Positions 39,590 to 52,908 of a stretch of 64,000 nucleotides of DNA are shown piece by piece. Position 1 is the first letter of the stretch. Each line of letters opens with the position of its first letter. A model generated the notes under the pieces. It had not been told where the DNA came from and searched no databases. It saw only the letters and a list, made by a program, of their open reading frames with translations. Both the position numbers and the translations under genes were made by a program. Origin of the DNA: Euprymna scolopes (lineage: Eukaryota); assembly GCA_053919585.1 (NCBI GenBank), contig CM132795.1; one strand, 5' to 3'.

Positions 39590-40350
39590 ACACGTCGCAG
39601 CTCACAAGAACCATGCCAGCACAAACCGAAGATCTAAGACACGATTTTCGCCCTCATATTTTAGCTCGTCAGTTAGACACATCCGAACTCGGGATTTGAA
39701 AGCCGAACCTTTTGCATGCGAGGCGAGCTCTCTACAAACTGGTCAAACACGCCATACACGCAATAAAGCATATTAGCTGACACAGATCAAGATAACCGCT
39801 GCGAACACCCACAGTGGATTGACCCTATCTCGTACTGAAGAAGCTCCATGGTCATCGGGATAAGCTATAATCTAAGTCGACGTCTCACAATTAGGAATTG
39901 TATACTCGTAATGACGATGCCATCATGACACGCTACCCTAGCGTTCAATCATCACTAGAATCGTCTGAATATAAAAGAATATATATTTCAACAGGTAGAT
40001 AACGTCGTAGCTCACAATAGTCATAAAATGAGTTTCGCTCATTTGGACTCAGTTAAACTAATCTTAACTCGTGATCTGAAACACGGGTCTCTTGCAAACG
40101 AGGCGAGCACTCTAACAACTGAGCAAAATATCCCCTATGCGATTTCGCAGCGGTTTGCTTGATCTGTGTCAATTAATTAGCTTTACTCTGTATGTGTCGT
40201 GTTTTTTAAGTTGGTACAGCGCTAGGCTTGCATGCAAAAAGCTCAGGGTTAAAACTCCAACTTCGGATTTGTCTACCGGATTAGCCAAAATGTGGGCTAA
40301 ACTTGAGCCTTTCATTTCTGGTCCGTTGGCTGTCATGTGATGTGCGACGC
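39590..40350. mobile_element. Three tRNA(Ala-like)-derived SINE copies: 39590-39755 (-), 40000-40130 (-), 40205-40350 (+)
   Basis: CAGTT.GTAGAG.GCTCGCCTCG head, degenerate B box and a shared GTGAGCT.CGACGT tail. Confidence 0.65.
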
Positions 40351-40394
40351 TTTCTGGCTGTGGAAATAACTATATACTTGCTCACATTCTGAAG

Positions 40395-40452
<58 letters not shown>

Positions 40453-40454
<2 letters not shown>

Positions 40455-41310
40455 GTATGCTGGATGCCCGGCGTTGCCCGCGTTTTTGGAGGTGTGTATT
40501 GAGCAAAAAAAAAAGTAGTAGTAGGCAGGCAGGATCGAACCCGCATCGCGAAGAAGGAAAAAAAACGTTAAAAAAAACGGGAGGTAGTTGCTATTGCGTC
40601 CATCGCCAAACCAGAAGTGACGAAGATTTCAATTTAGGCTAGTCAATCGGAGAAAAGGATGACTTTCGCAAATATCGGCGAAAAAAGCGACCCCTTCCTG
40701 TAAAAAAGTGCCGCGTTGAGAGTGAAGGAATTAAGATTTCTGCCAATTTGTCGATATTTATCGTCCGAATGGTCGTCCAAGACGATACCGATCTCGTAGA
40801 AAATCCGTCACATTTCTCGAAAGTTTTAGACAGATATGCATACATACATACATACATACATACATACATACATACACACCTACATTTTAAGGCGAGATGT
40901 ATATTATACACAAGGCTGGGTGTCTGCCGTTGCCCGGGTGTTTGGAGATGTGTGTTGAGCCAAAAATGTGGTAGTCGGCTGGCATGCTCGAACCCGTACC
41001 TCGAAGGAGGCAAAGAACTTATTTCTTTGCTGTTGCGCCCATCGCCAAACCGGAAGGTACGTAGGTTCAAATTAAGTTTAGACAATCGAAAAGAGAGGGA
41101 TTACTTTCGAAAATATCGGCGAAAAAAGCGGGTCTTCCTTGTAGAAAAGTGTCAAGTTAAGGGTGAAGGGCTTAATGTTTTGGACCAATTTTTCGATATT
41201 TGTCGTCCGAAGGGTTGCGCTTGAAAATGATACCTATCTTGTAAAATCAGTCGCACCTATCTACGTTTTTAGAAGACATACATACATACATGCACACATG
41301 CATACATGCA
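40453..41310 (-). mobile_element. Two tandem ~450-bp non-autonomous Helitrons
   Basis: Each has a CCGGCGTTGCCCG hairpin end, a shared body and a (CATA)n tract near the 5' end. Further copies at 42380-42693, 52906-53300, 54461-54808 and 57100-57540. Confidence 0.75.
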
Positions 41311-41539
41311 TACATGATGCTTACTACTTCTTGACAGAATTTGCCATCTCTCCCTTAAGGGTTATAGCGTCAGTGTGAACGTGATAACTCTTCAATCCAG
41401 CCTTACTGTTGCTTGAATTGCACAAATTTGGTATAAAAACTTTCCTTCTTGTAAAGGTGATCGCATGATAATATTGTGGATCCTCGAAGCCATGTTAGGG
41501 CACTTTTAGGTTTGCAGATGAGACCACACATATGACAAC

Positions 41540-42372
41540 ATAGCGTTGCGAGGTGCGCTGTAGATGCCTCCTCGTAAGACTGTCATTCCTGTTTTTAATT
41601 GTGTGATTTCATATGATTAACAAAACCATCTGTTTACAGAAATTATCTGCCACATACAGTGCACTTCAGTTCCTGATGCAATTTCTCTGACATTATATTA
41701 TCGCCCTGCTTTCTTAAAACGTGTTTTATGACAGCAAGCTTAACACACTACTCTTAAAATATCTGACAACTTTCTCTGATGGTTTTCCTCCACAGTGATC
41801 GATCTTTCGCTTGGGCTTCCAAGTTATGTATATCCATCTCCAATATTTAAAGTTGTTTTTCCAAGAATCCTCATAGCTGTTTCCTGGTTTATGTTGCGGT
41901 CTTTTATATCTATCTATCTCGCCATAAAACAATTCTTTAGGAAGACTTTTGTCCTCCATCCTAACCAAGTGTCCAGTCTAGCGCATCTGATTTTGAATGA
42001 TTTTCATTTCGATACTTTCACTATTTGATCGCTCAAGAACCACAGTGTAAGGCGTTAAAATCCTCCAGTTAATATTAAGTATTCTCCGAATACAGCTTTG
42101 GTAAAACCTTTCTAATAACTTGAGACGCCCTCTATATGTTTTCTAGGTCTTTGATTTATATAGCAATGTAGTGATAACGCATGCGTCGTAAACCCTTAGC
42201 TTTGTTTTTGATGAGATTCTCCAATCAGACTATACACATTTCTCCAATTTGCCAAAAGCAGAACTGGTTTTGGCTATTCTCTGATTTATCTCTGCATCAA
42301 GGATACATTTCTTACACAACGTACTACCCAGATAAACAAAATTGTTCTTGACCTTTAACTTCTTACCATTAA
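41540..42372 (-). mobile_element. RTE-clade LINE 3' fragment
   Basis: FVYLGSTL...DAEINQRIAKTSSAFGKL...TKLRVY..., GHLVRMEDKSLPKELFYGE. Confidence 0.85.
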
Positions 42373-42696
42373 TCTATTGCGTCTTTGCTGTTGCGTAAAT
42401 CGCAAAACCGGAAGTGATGACTGTTTAAATTTAAGCTTGTCAGTCTAAAAGAGGAGATGATATTCGAACATATCAGCAAAAAAGGCGACCCCTCCCTGAA
42501 GAAAAGTGCCCAGTTGAGGGTGGAGGAATTAGTGTTTTTAGCCTATTTCTCGGTATTTCGTGACTGTCTGGTCGAGCTTCAAAACCTTTCCAATTTCGTG
42601 AAAATCCATCGTTCCTGTCGAAAGTGTTTGTCAGACATACAAACATACATACGTACTTACATTTAAACAGACATGTGAGATTTATATTATAGAAGG

Positions 42697-44300
42697 CTCG
42701 CCGGGATACCCAGCGTTGCCCGGAGTGGTGGGGTATTGGAGGAGGTAAATCAAAACAAAATGGAAAAGAAAGAATAAGCGAACGTAATAAATCTGCATAA
42801 ATATTAAAACTCTTTTTTAATCAGAGGAATTGTTTAAAGAAAAACAGCGAGCTAATAAAGAATAAGCAAATAAATATAAAGAAATGGTACAAATGGCTCT
42901 TTAAAAAATAAACATAAAACACAGGGAACATGAATAACAAATTTATAAAAAAAACAACGTAAAAATTGCATAAATAACGTCTGTTTCAATAGTAAAACTT
43001 TAAAAATCGAAAAAACATATATGATATCTAGGCTCGAAAAGGCAATTTTAAGAGAAACGCCGCTGCCAATATAACAACTGGTGGAAAGTTAGGTGTATTT
43101 TTTATATTTTAAATAATTCAAGATAGAATGCTTTGTGCGCATGCGTGTTTTGTTAAACTGTCATGACGAACGATCTTTTGCTAACCCTCCAGAAAAGTAG
43201 AAAAGTCTTCAGTTGAGGATGAAATGATAAATGTTTTTAGCCAAGTTTTAGATATTTGTTGTTCGAAGGATTGAGCATCAAAACGATACCGACGTAATGA
43301 ACATCCGTCGATTCTCTGGAAAATTTTAGGCAGACATACACACATACATACATTTAAACTGATCTTTTCCCTTTATACTATAGACTAGCGGGGGTACCCG
43401 GAGTTGCCCGGGTGTTTGAATGTGTGTGTGCTGTTAAATAAAAACAAACTGGGGGGTAGGATCGAACCCGAAGTCCTGAGGCGAAGTTTGAAAATAAAAT
43501 GTGAAAAAAACATGAACCGTTCGGCCAGCTAGAATGAGTTACTGAAAGATGATTAAATTCATTTAAGTAAGAACAAAATTGACAGGTTCCCGCACGGAAG
43601 TCGTAGGGGGTTTCGACAACGACGACGACGACGACGTAAGAAATAGCTATTCAGCAAAAGAGGTCAATGACCAGGTGTGTTTGTTATAAGCGAAGTAAAA
43701 AAAAAAAGGAAACATAAAAACGAACGTTAAAACTTAAGCGGGGGGCATTCAAAACATCGAAAAAAAAACACAAAACACTAACGTAAGGCAAACGAACGAT
43801 GTTAAATGTATAAATCGAAAAACCAAAAAAGAAAACAGAAATAGCCAGTTTCGATATTAAAATTTAAAAAATCGATGGGTACCCGGGTGATTTTGGGTGT
43901 CGCTAAGAATAAGCGAAGTAAAAAAAAGAAACAGAAAAACGAACGTTACGTGGACAATGGCTTAAATAATACTGGTGAAATATTTAAATTTAAAAAATCG
44001 AAAACAAAAAGACATCTCACACCACGATTCGAACCCAAAACGTTTAGATAATGAACCAACGCGCTAACCAACGGCGTTAACGCGACGTACATGAAATTTA
44101 GTCAGTTCTTCAAATATTTAAAGTAACTCAGATCATGACGTCATCTGACGCATGCGTAGAACTGGTCCTCATAACAAGGGGACGTCTTTGTTTACCCACC
44201 CTGACGGAAATTGTCATATACCGACCAATTTGTATCATTTCAGGTCCTAATGAACATCTGCAATTTGAATGCACTATACAAAAGCATGGTTGTCATTACT
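42697..44300 (-). mobile_element. Head-to-tail Helitron cluster
   Basis: Hairpin ends at about 42705-42723 and 43397-43411; minus-strand junction CTAG|TCTATAGTATAAAG at 43385/43384. The right boundary is approximate. Confidence 0.7.
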
Positions 44301-44339
44301 GGTGTATTTCGAAAATGCAATCTGCAAGTGAGTAAACTT

Positions 44340-44880
44340 TAGAAAAACGATATTCTGTTTTCAACTGCCAGAAAAATGGATGGAATGCGTCAGACTGCTT
44401 TTGGACTATCTTGCATTAATCGAGTATCGCTTTTTCCGCGTCGTAAGAGATTCATGGAAAGCAGGAAATCTGTGAGGGATGATCAGAGGTGTTAGAGGTG
44501 TAAGGATATAAGAAAACCAGAGCTGATTGGCCGAATAAAGAATGTAATAAATATGCAGGTCATGTGTTTATAGAGACCATAAGTGTTCTGTTCGGTGGCT
44601 GTGTGGGAACTATACACACAATTATTCGCGAAGAACAAGTGATGAGGAAGATTTGCGCACAGTTTCTCTGTACGATGCTTAGAGAAGAACATAAAGTATT
44701 TGACCAAAATTTGATCAAGACAGTCCCTCAACTTCCCTATAATACTAGTCGTGTTCACTGTGATTTTTGTTTATAATTTAAGCTCAAGTAAAATCTTAGG
44801 GTCTGTCGTTATGAAACACTTGAGAAGAAGAAAAAGACTGGCGAAGGTGTAAACATTCATCAGTGCCTAAAAGAAATTCG
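44340..44880 (+). mobile_element. Internally deleted mariner relic
   Basis: RFMESRKSVRDD, VGTIHTIIREEQVMRKICAQF, VPQLPYNTSRVHCDFCL. Confidence 0.7.
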
Positions 44881-46332
44881 GGGATGAGAATTATTCGGGT
44901 AACGACATTAGTGACTACCTGGACGTCAGGTATTGCTCGGCATTGCCCGGTCGCAAATTACGCTTAAATATGATATTTTAATCCATGAAATTTCGTGTTT
45001 ATTATTACATTATATTGGATCTTATATATCGTAGTAGTTCAAAAGGATAAAAGAAAAGAACAACTTATGCGCCACCACCGAGAATCAAAAACAAAACGTT
45101 TAACTAACATGTGAATTTTGCATGAGCTATGAAGACAGGTTAGCTGTGAGACTAAAAATACAAACATAATTAAATAGCTATAAGATTACCCATTGACATT
45201 CGTAATGCCGTCATTCCACCTTCACCTGCCATTTGGCATGTAATGGTCGAATTGTTTTTAATTTCAACACTTTCGAACTGATTTTTCCCGGATAAAACAC
45301 AAATGTAAAGTTTCTGCATGGGGTCCAATACACTATATATAAAGTTTCCTGCTTGTAGACCAAAATCTGATAGAAAGTTTGGTATGCATAATATATAATT
45401 CAATATGGTATTGTTATAGATCGGGTAAGAGTCTACAACAATTTAAACTACCCGCACCAAAATATATAGAAANNNNNNNNNNNNNNNNNNNNNNNNNNNN
45501 NNNNNNNNNNNNNNNNNNNNNNNNNNNNNNNNNNNNNNNNNNNNNNNNNNNNNNNNNNNNNNNNNNNNNNNNNNNNNNNNNNNNNNNNNNNNNNNNNNNN
45601 NNNNNNNNNNNNNNNNNNNNNNNNNNNCTATATGGTTGACTATTTAAAAAAAACTGATTGCATATAATGATAGAACATATACCGAGACACAGGAATGAGT
45701 ATGTTTGATCCTGCAGAACGGTGGTTCCATAAATTGTGGGGTCTGCGGTCGCGCCTGGTCCACAGTGTATGAGAAATAAAAAAAATTAAAAATTAAAAAA
45801 AAACGTTTACAAGTGTTTTTGATATTGATGTACATAAGAATACTTTTATAAGTATGTGTAACTTTAATAGGGATGGTATAATACAATTGTGGTGTCTGTG
45901 TTCGCGCCTGACCTCCATAGAATGGACATCAACACAAACTTTGATAAAGATTTTTCATATCTCTGCGTAAGTATACTTTTGATAATTATGTTTCAGTTTG
46001 AAGAAATATGGTATGATAAAATTATGGGGTGTTCGTTCGCGCCTGATATCAATTGAATGGATGTATGTCTGAAGTTTAACAAGTTTTTTTTTTTTTAATA
46101 TAGATCCACATAATATTGTGACAAGTGTTTTAGTGTGAACAGGTATGGTATAATAAATTATGGGGTTTATCTATTTTATTTTTACTTCCATCATATTTCG
46201 CTTTGGTTTGATGCCCCAAATTCGAAGCTATCTCTTAACAACGCTTCCTTTTCATAAGCTATCATACTTTAATAAATCAGAGTCCATTTTCTGTAGGCTG
46301 TTTTTGAACCCAGTCAACGACGGATACTTTTG

Positions 46333-46399
<67 letters not shown>

Positions 46400-46677
46400 T
46401 ATGTGCGCACTTACATAATAGATTCACTGATTGATATAATAATTAAGTAATTGGTTTCGCACTACGAACAGATACTGTCAAGAATTGAAAATGTCAACTG
46501 ATTTAAAGGAATGAATTATAGAATGGTCAGCATCAAGCACTTTTGAATATAGTTGTTTGTCATTTATTCACTATATTGCTCTGTAATCCCATTGAATTTC
46601 TTAAATAAGATTGGTGTATATTATAAGAAAATATATTGGCACAGAAAAACGAAATATATCTATTAAAATACAATTAT

Positions 46678-47076
46678 CCACTGACACGTGTTTTGTCGTC
46701 TACGACTCATCAGACTGGCAAGATTCGAAATCGGGACCGCATGGTAAGAAGCCTAAACCCTTACCCCTCGCCAATCCCGCTTAACTTTCGGACATATCGC
46801 GATTTACGTATATGTTATTTGTTTTTGTTTTTGCGATACATCTTGAATTAATTCAATTATTTACGAAAGTGCATTTTTACCTAAATGCGAGTTGGGAATA
46901 ATTTTTCATATTACCAAACTACTACCCCCACATGATGAGTGGTATATATATTATTTTAAAATATAATTTTCCACTGACACGTGTTTCGTCGTCTACGTCT
47001 TATCAGAATGGCTGAATCTAGCGAGATTCGAAATCGACCCCCCATGTTAAGAAGCCTAAACCCTTACCTCTTGTCC
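46678..47076 (-). mobile_element. Second tRNA-headed hammerhead family, two tandem copies (period 293 bp)
   Basis: Hammerheads at 46678-46718 and 46971-47011; consensus CCATT CTGATGA GTCG-TAGA-CGAC GAAA CACGTG TC AGTGG. Upstream on the minus strand: TGGCGAGGGGTAA (A box) and GATTTCGAATC (B box). Confidence 0.8.
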
Positions 47077-47914
47077 NNNNNNNNNNNNNNNNNNNNNNNN
47101 NNNNNNNNNNNNNNNNNNNNNNNNNNNNNNNNNNNNNNNNNNNNNNNNNNNNNNNNNNNNNNNNNNNNNNNNNNNNNNNNNNNNNNNNNNNNNNNNNNNN
47201 NNNNNNNNNNNNNNNNNNNNNNNNNNNNNNNNNNNNNNNNNNNNNNNNNNNNNNNNNNNNNNNNNNNNGGAAATGTAAAAGAGGAGTTTTTTTCCCCCAG
47301 TGGGTTATACATGGACCTCTATTTCAGTAGTAAAAAGAACCGGTGCTTATTTAGGCTTCCACATTCCAATTATCTCTTTAATATCACTAGGTGGTTGTAA
47401 AGAGATACGACAATAACAGTGCATTGTAACGAAAACCTTTTACATTATCCATCACAGAATTTCCAGAAAATAGAGAATTGTGTAATGAATGACGTGTTCG
47501 CATGATGTGTCATGGAACTGGAATGTGGTAGGATATGCATGAATTCGCAACTAGTAGCGATCCACATAATTTTTCCCAACGAGAAAAGTAAACCATGCAA
47601 ATGACAAATTTAAATGCTTATATCTACACAATAATGCGTGGTATAAGTCTTCTACTCTACAATCAAATCTAATGCAATTATGTTGTCTTAATTATATTTA
47701 TAAATGCGCATATGAACTTGCATCACGTCAATTATATTAGGAGTAAAAACATAATAAAATAATGTAAAATGTCTTCACACCTCTATTCTCAGATATTATA
47801 TATTTTGAACCAAGCGTTTTACTGGTTAAGGTGTTTTACTAAACTATTACAGCATTTCACAAACATGTATATCTTTCTTATTTTTAATTGATCTTCCAAT
47901 CTGGATAACCTAAA

Positions 47915-48195
47915 ACTCTATCCAGTGGTGAGGCCCCAGCTTGCGTGCTTTGGGGAGCGTGGAACCACCCTTTACTTGGCATTCCTCCCCAGTTCACTTT
48001 TCCCTGGAGTGGTAGTACCTGTCAGGCTCCCAACTATGGGTTAAATAGAATCCGACTTGAAAAGAAAATATATTCTATTAAAAATTCTTTCTTCAAAATC
48101 TCTGGATTCGGCATTAAATAACCTGAAAATGGTTGATATGCCGTAAAACAAAAACAACCGAACAACCAAACAACCAATCAACGTATCCAACCAAA
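47915..48195 (+). mobile_element. SINE-like repeat fragment with a (CAAC/CAAA)n tail
   Basis: GC-richer body ending GGCATTAAATAACCTG...GGTTGATATGCCGTAAAAC, then a simple-repeat tail. Confidence 0.55.
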
Positions 48196-48377
48196 CATTT
48201 ATGCAGATATATTTAACTTTCAACAATTATCTACTCACACGTTATCGGTTTTTTTTATTAATAAAGATAATTTCGATCTTAGTTCCGTAAGTATTTCATA
48301 TTTAATTCCGTATATTGAATTTATCATTATACTTTTAATAGCTTGACTAACATATTCAGCACTGTTGAGGTAATTAT

Positions 48378-48472
48378 TGACTATCACAATCACAAGTAAT
48401 ACCTCTAATATTATATTCATGCAAGCTGAGTTGGAATACAAAACTATATATGTATAAAGAAATATATATATA

Positions 48473-48528
<56 letters not shown>

Positions 48529-48723
48529 CAAGGAAGTCACTCGGGCATAACGGTTATTGTGTGTACAGTAATCGATAGGATTACATCGTAGTAATCGCTA
48601 GTAATTGAGATCTGATAAAGTGTCTTACTTAAGGGGGCTGTTCAGCAAGAACTTGTTTTTGTTGGACTTGAAGCCATCTAAGTTGTAGTCAGGTGGGAAA
48701 CAGGCACACGGACACACACACGG

Positions 48724-48757
<34 letters not shown>

Positions 48758-49343
48758 GTGTGTGCATTTAGGCAGTATGTTTTTATTCAAACATGCACCG
48801 TAAAATTGCTAACTTTTTGCTGCTATGTCTTTAGTTCCGCCCACGCATACGGTCGTCCGGCTAATTCGTCTAAAAAGTTGCATCATGGTTCAAATATTCG
48901 TCTAACACTAAATTTTGCTTTATATCTTATGTTAAATTATGTTCCATCGCCGGCAAATTTGCTTTGTACCTCGGCATATTTCGGACTGTTTACGAACAAA
49001 TTCGTCGTTATCCATAACTTCCATTTCTATATACGAATATTTCAAGGACCTTATGTGCTTAATGGACACTTTTCGCTCACAGCTATAGCTGCGTCCTTGT
49101 CTCCTAATAAGGTTCAGTTTTAGCATCATGTATCTTACTTGACCGCCAAACTGTTTGCTTGCCATAAGTCTTAAAATTAAAACCTATTTAAAGATTAATA
49201 TTTCTGCGTTCACTAATAGATGCCATTCCAGTAACAAAATATTGAGGAGTTTATGTACCTGACACTGTTTATAAATGAATAGAAATAATCCTATCGATTA
49301 CTATACACACAATAACCGTTATGCCCGAGTGACTTCCTTGTTA

Positions 49344-49396
<53 letters not shown>

Positions 49397-49479
49397 TCTT
49401 TATACATATATAGTTTTGTATTACAACTCAGCTTGCATGAATATAATATTAGAGGTATTACTTGTGATTGTGATAGTCA
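48378..49479. repeat. Near-perfect ~200-bp inverted duplication (48378-48583 / 49286-49479)
   Basis: The arms are reverse complements across unique DNA, a (TA)n tract and a LINE tail. Confidence 0.9.
48530..48710 (-). mobile_element. 3' end fragment of the CR1/Zenon-like LINE family (another at about 52655-52850)
   Basis: GAGATCTGATAAAGTGTCTTACTTAA...TTGGACTTGAAG...TAGTCAGGTGGGAA matches 15540-15640. Confidence 0.7.
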
Positions 49480-52122
49480 TAACCTGCGCTAGAAATTGGA
49501 CGTGTTTTTATTTATGTTTAAACTTTAGTAATCCGTAAAATAAAAAATAAAAAATATGGAAATCTGTAGATGCCCAGCTGACATTTATACAGCATAAGTA
49601 TAATTTCACAAAAGATGTACGTTCAAGTCAAATGATTGATTCTAAAATCCTATTTAAAGCCGAATAAGCTATTTGCTATGTTAAATGAACATGTACCTAT
49701 TCCCTGCAATATTATATAACTGATTCGTTATACTATAACTTGATTTTTAAAATTAAATTTAATATTTACTGTTAACTTCCGTTCCTACAAAAAGCCCTTG
49801 ACCAACAGCATAACAGAAATAAAAATTAAAGCAGAAAATAATAGGTATTTCTGCCTTTCTCTGCGATTATAATACTTTCTGTTGTAACAATTTTCTTTTT
49901 TTCTTTATTTTAAAACTTTTTGTCGGTAAATATCTGGTTTTACGACGTCAAATTATCTTACGTGCCTTAGTAATTAAATTTGAACTCTGACACATACGTT
50001 TTATATGAAAGTATCGCAAAGAAATTATAGAAAATAAATTTAACTCTAGTTCTTTCTTATTGAAATTAAAAGCATTTATTAGTGGTACTTTCTTTATATC
50101 TTTTTATAAGTCTATAAGATCGTCATGTAATTAACAACACTCTACCTTGTCGAACATGGATGTTCTTCCTCTACATCGAAATGACTGCTACACTCCAGTC
50201 GCTGCTACATGGAGCTTTTAAAAATCTCTGCTTTTCTTTATGCTGCAATGTTCGAAGCTCGCCCCACGTACACCTCGTCCAACAATTTTTTTTGTTGTTT
50301 AAATTTCGAATTGCATTTTGTTATGAGTCATGACTTTTTTTTCGCACTGATACGTACTTCCAAATCCTGTGGTCGCTGATGTGTTTTCTTTTTTCCACCG
50401 CTGCTAGATATGCGTAAGCAGCTTTGTTGCACAAGAGTTACGAGTTCATTGGAGCAAATTCGTTGCTAGTATTTGTAAAACAGGTACCGAGTTGCAAAAT
50501 TGTAGCGAGGGGACATGGGTTCGACTTGTCCAATAGTGAAACTCATTTTTATTTAAGTGTGGACCAGCATGGATTTAGCAAATATTTTCCACGCTTTTCT
50601 ATATAAATAAAATAATTTGTATTATCTTCAGAGATATGCACATTAAACGCCATCCTGACAGATGCTACTTATCCAATAAAACAGTGCCTATATGGGCCAA
50701 CATTACAAAATCCATGCAATTAAATTATATCTAGGTATTAATTTTACAATGACCCTCGTTTTCTGTCTCCCCTTCTAGAAACTTAATTGCATGTGCTTGG
50801 TTTGTAAGCAACCATGAGAACAGTAAACAGCGAATACCTATATAGATTTGCGTGGAGCCTAATTACCACCAGACTTGACCATTTCATTTCTAATGTGTGT
50901 GTGCGTATGTATATGTGTGTGTGAGTGTTAATTTTATTGGTTTGAAAAAAATCTACACTTGCAATATGATTAACACCTAGCCATATATCCATCACGTACG
51001 CGTATATGTATAAATTATAGAAATGATTTCGTGATTAAACCCTATCCTAGAAAAACGCCTTGAATTAATTCCGGTCGTTGCACATCAGCCATTAATTTCT
51101 CATTTCCTTATGACTAAACGGTAAATATAATTGTAGGATATCTTTTATTGAGTCATTAAATCTAGGCCATGTGTTAAATTGAATGCAATTAGCCTCGAAT
51201 AACATCTATGTTACTCGAACAGAAATGAGATAAAGGTGTATGTATTTCGTCTAAGACTACTGTGATACAATGTATTCTTTGTGTAAAAACCCTTGAATAT
51301 AATTCGATAGAATATTACAAGTGTGGTACGTATTAATTTCTCTGTTCATTAAACGCAAAAAAAAAAACGCCAGGAGTAGAAAATGCGCTGAAAACGTACA
51401 CCACTCCTAACCATCATCCTTTCAAAATTAACCACGAATAAAGAACCTACAATATTCTTATTTACTTGTAAGATAAACGGGTTTTATTTATTTTTTTACG
51501 TGTTATTTTTGTTATTGTAATTTTTCGTTTTATTATTATCATTTGAAGGAGTAATAGTAGTTTCGGGAAAATAGGGAAAAATTCTGATCCCTTGAGTATA
51601 CAATGAGCCGTTGTAACGGGATTTGCTTACAGCTTTCAAAATGGGGGTTTAAATAAGATACGCATACTTGAATGCTTGAGGACTTAATGGTTTTTATTCA
51701 AATACATTTTCCATTTTGTTCCATTTGTATGGGGTTTCATTTCTAAATATTTAGAAAAGAAATTCGAAAGGTATGCGGTAACACCTTCTATGAACAAACA
51801 AATAAATAAATAAAACTATGTACGCATCAATAAATATATAAGAAGGTACTCCGGCATTGCCCGGTCCTAAAATACGCCTAAAGATGATATTTTCATTAAT
51901 GCAAATTTCTTATTGAGTGTTATATTATATTGGACCCAATATATTATAATGATTTAAATCGTTTTTTAAAAAATGGCACCTGCGACACCACAAAAATGTT
52001 TAGCTTACAAGTTAATATTTCCTTTTGACATAAATGACCGAACAATTACTTTTTTTTTAAATTTTAACCCACATTATGTATTTAGTAAATTTATAAATGC
52101 ACACACACATACACACACGTGA

Positions 52123-52172
<50 letters not shown>

Positions 52173-52174
<2 letters not shown>

Positions 52175-52360
52175 ACATACAGTACTGTTTCGCTGCTCAT
52201 CAGTGCGGCCTGACGGACAACTACCTCAAGTTAGCATTGAAACCCGAACGTTTGTACGGCAGTTAAGGCTTCTAACCACAACGCCATTGGCGGCTGCTCC
52301 GTGAGTCATGAGTTTAACGATGTTTTGACATCGTCCGAACAACCTCTGCTCAATTTTTTA

Positions 52361-52363
<3 letters not shown>
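52173..52363 (-). mobile_element. tRNA-headed hammerhead element (diverged relative of the 33947 family) between two (TA)n tracts
   Basis: Minus strand reads TGGCGTTGTGGTT (A box) ... GGGTTTCAATGC (degenerate B box) ... GTCAGG-CCGCA CTGATGA GCAGC GAAA CAGTACTG TA TGTGG. Hammerhead at 52173-52208 has a very short stem II. Confidence 0.8.
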
Positions 52364-52435
<72 letters not shown>

Positions 52436-52593
52436 GGCTTCAATATGATATCGAGTTTGTGAATTTTCGTCCTATCTGTCGATAGTTTTTAGCGGACACA
52501 CAAACACACATACAAACATACGAACACACATTTTCTCTTTTATATTTATAGATAACTACATATTTACTTAAATTCTGACGGTATACATATATA

Positions 52594-52652
<59 letters not shown>

Positions 52653-52851
52653 TACAAAGGAGCCGCTTGAGGATAAGGATTAATGATTGTACAGTAGCCA
52701 ATGTGAAAATGCTATAGTAATCGTAAGTAATGGACATTTAATAAATTGGATTGGATGAATTTTTACGCTGGACTCGGAGACGACCATATTGTAATCAGTT
52801 AGAAAGCAGAAAAACAGAACAGAGTCTCACAGGCGTACAGTTCTAAGAAAG

Positions 52852-52908
<57 letters not shown>

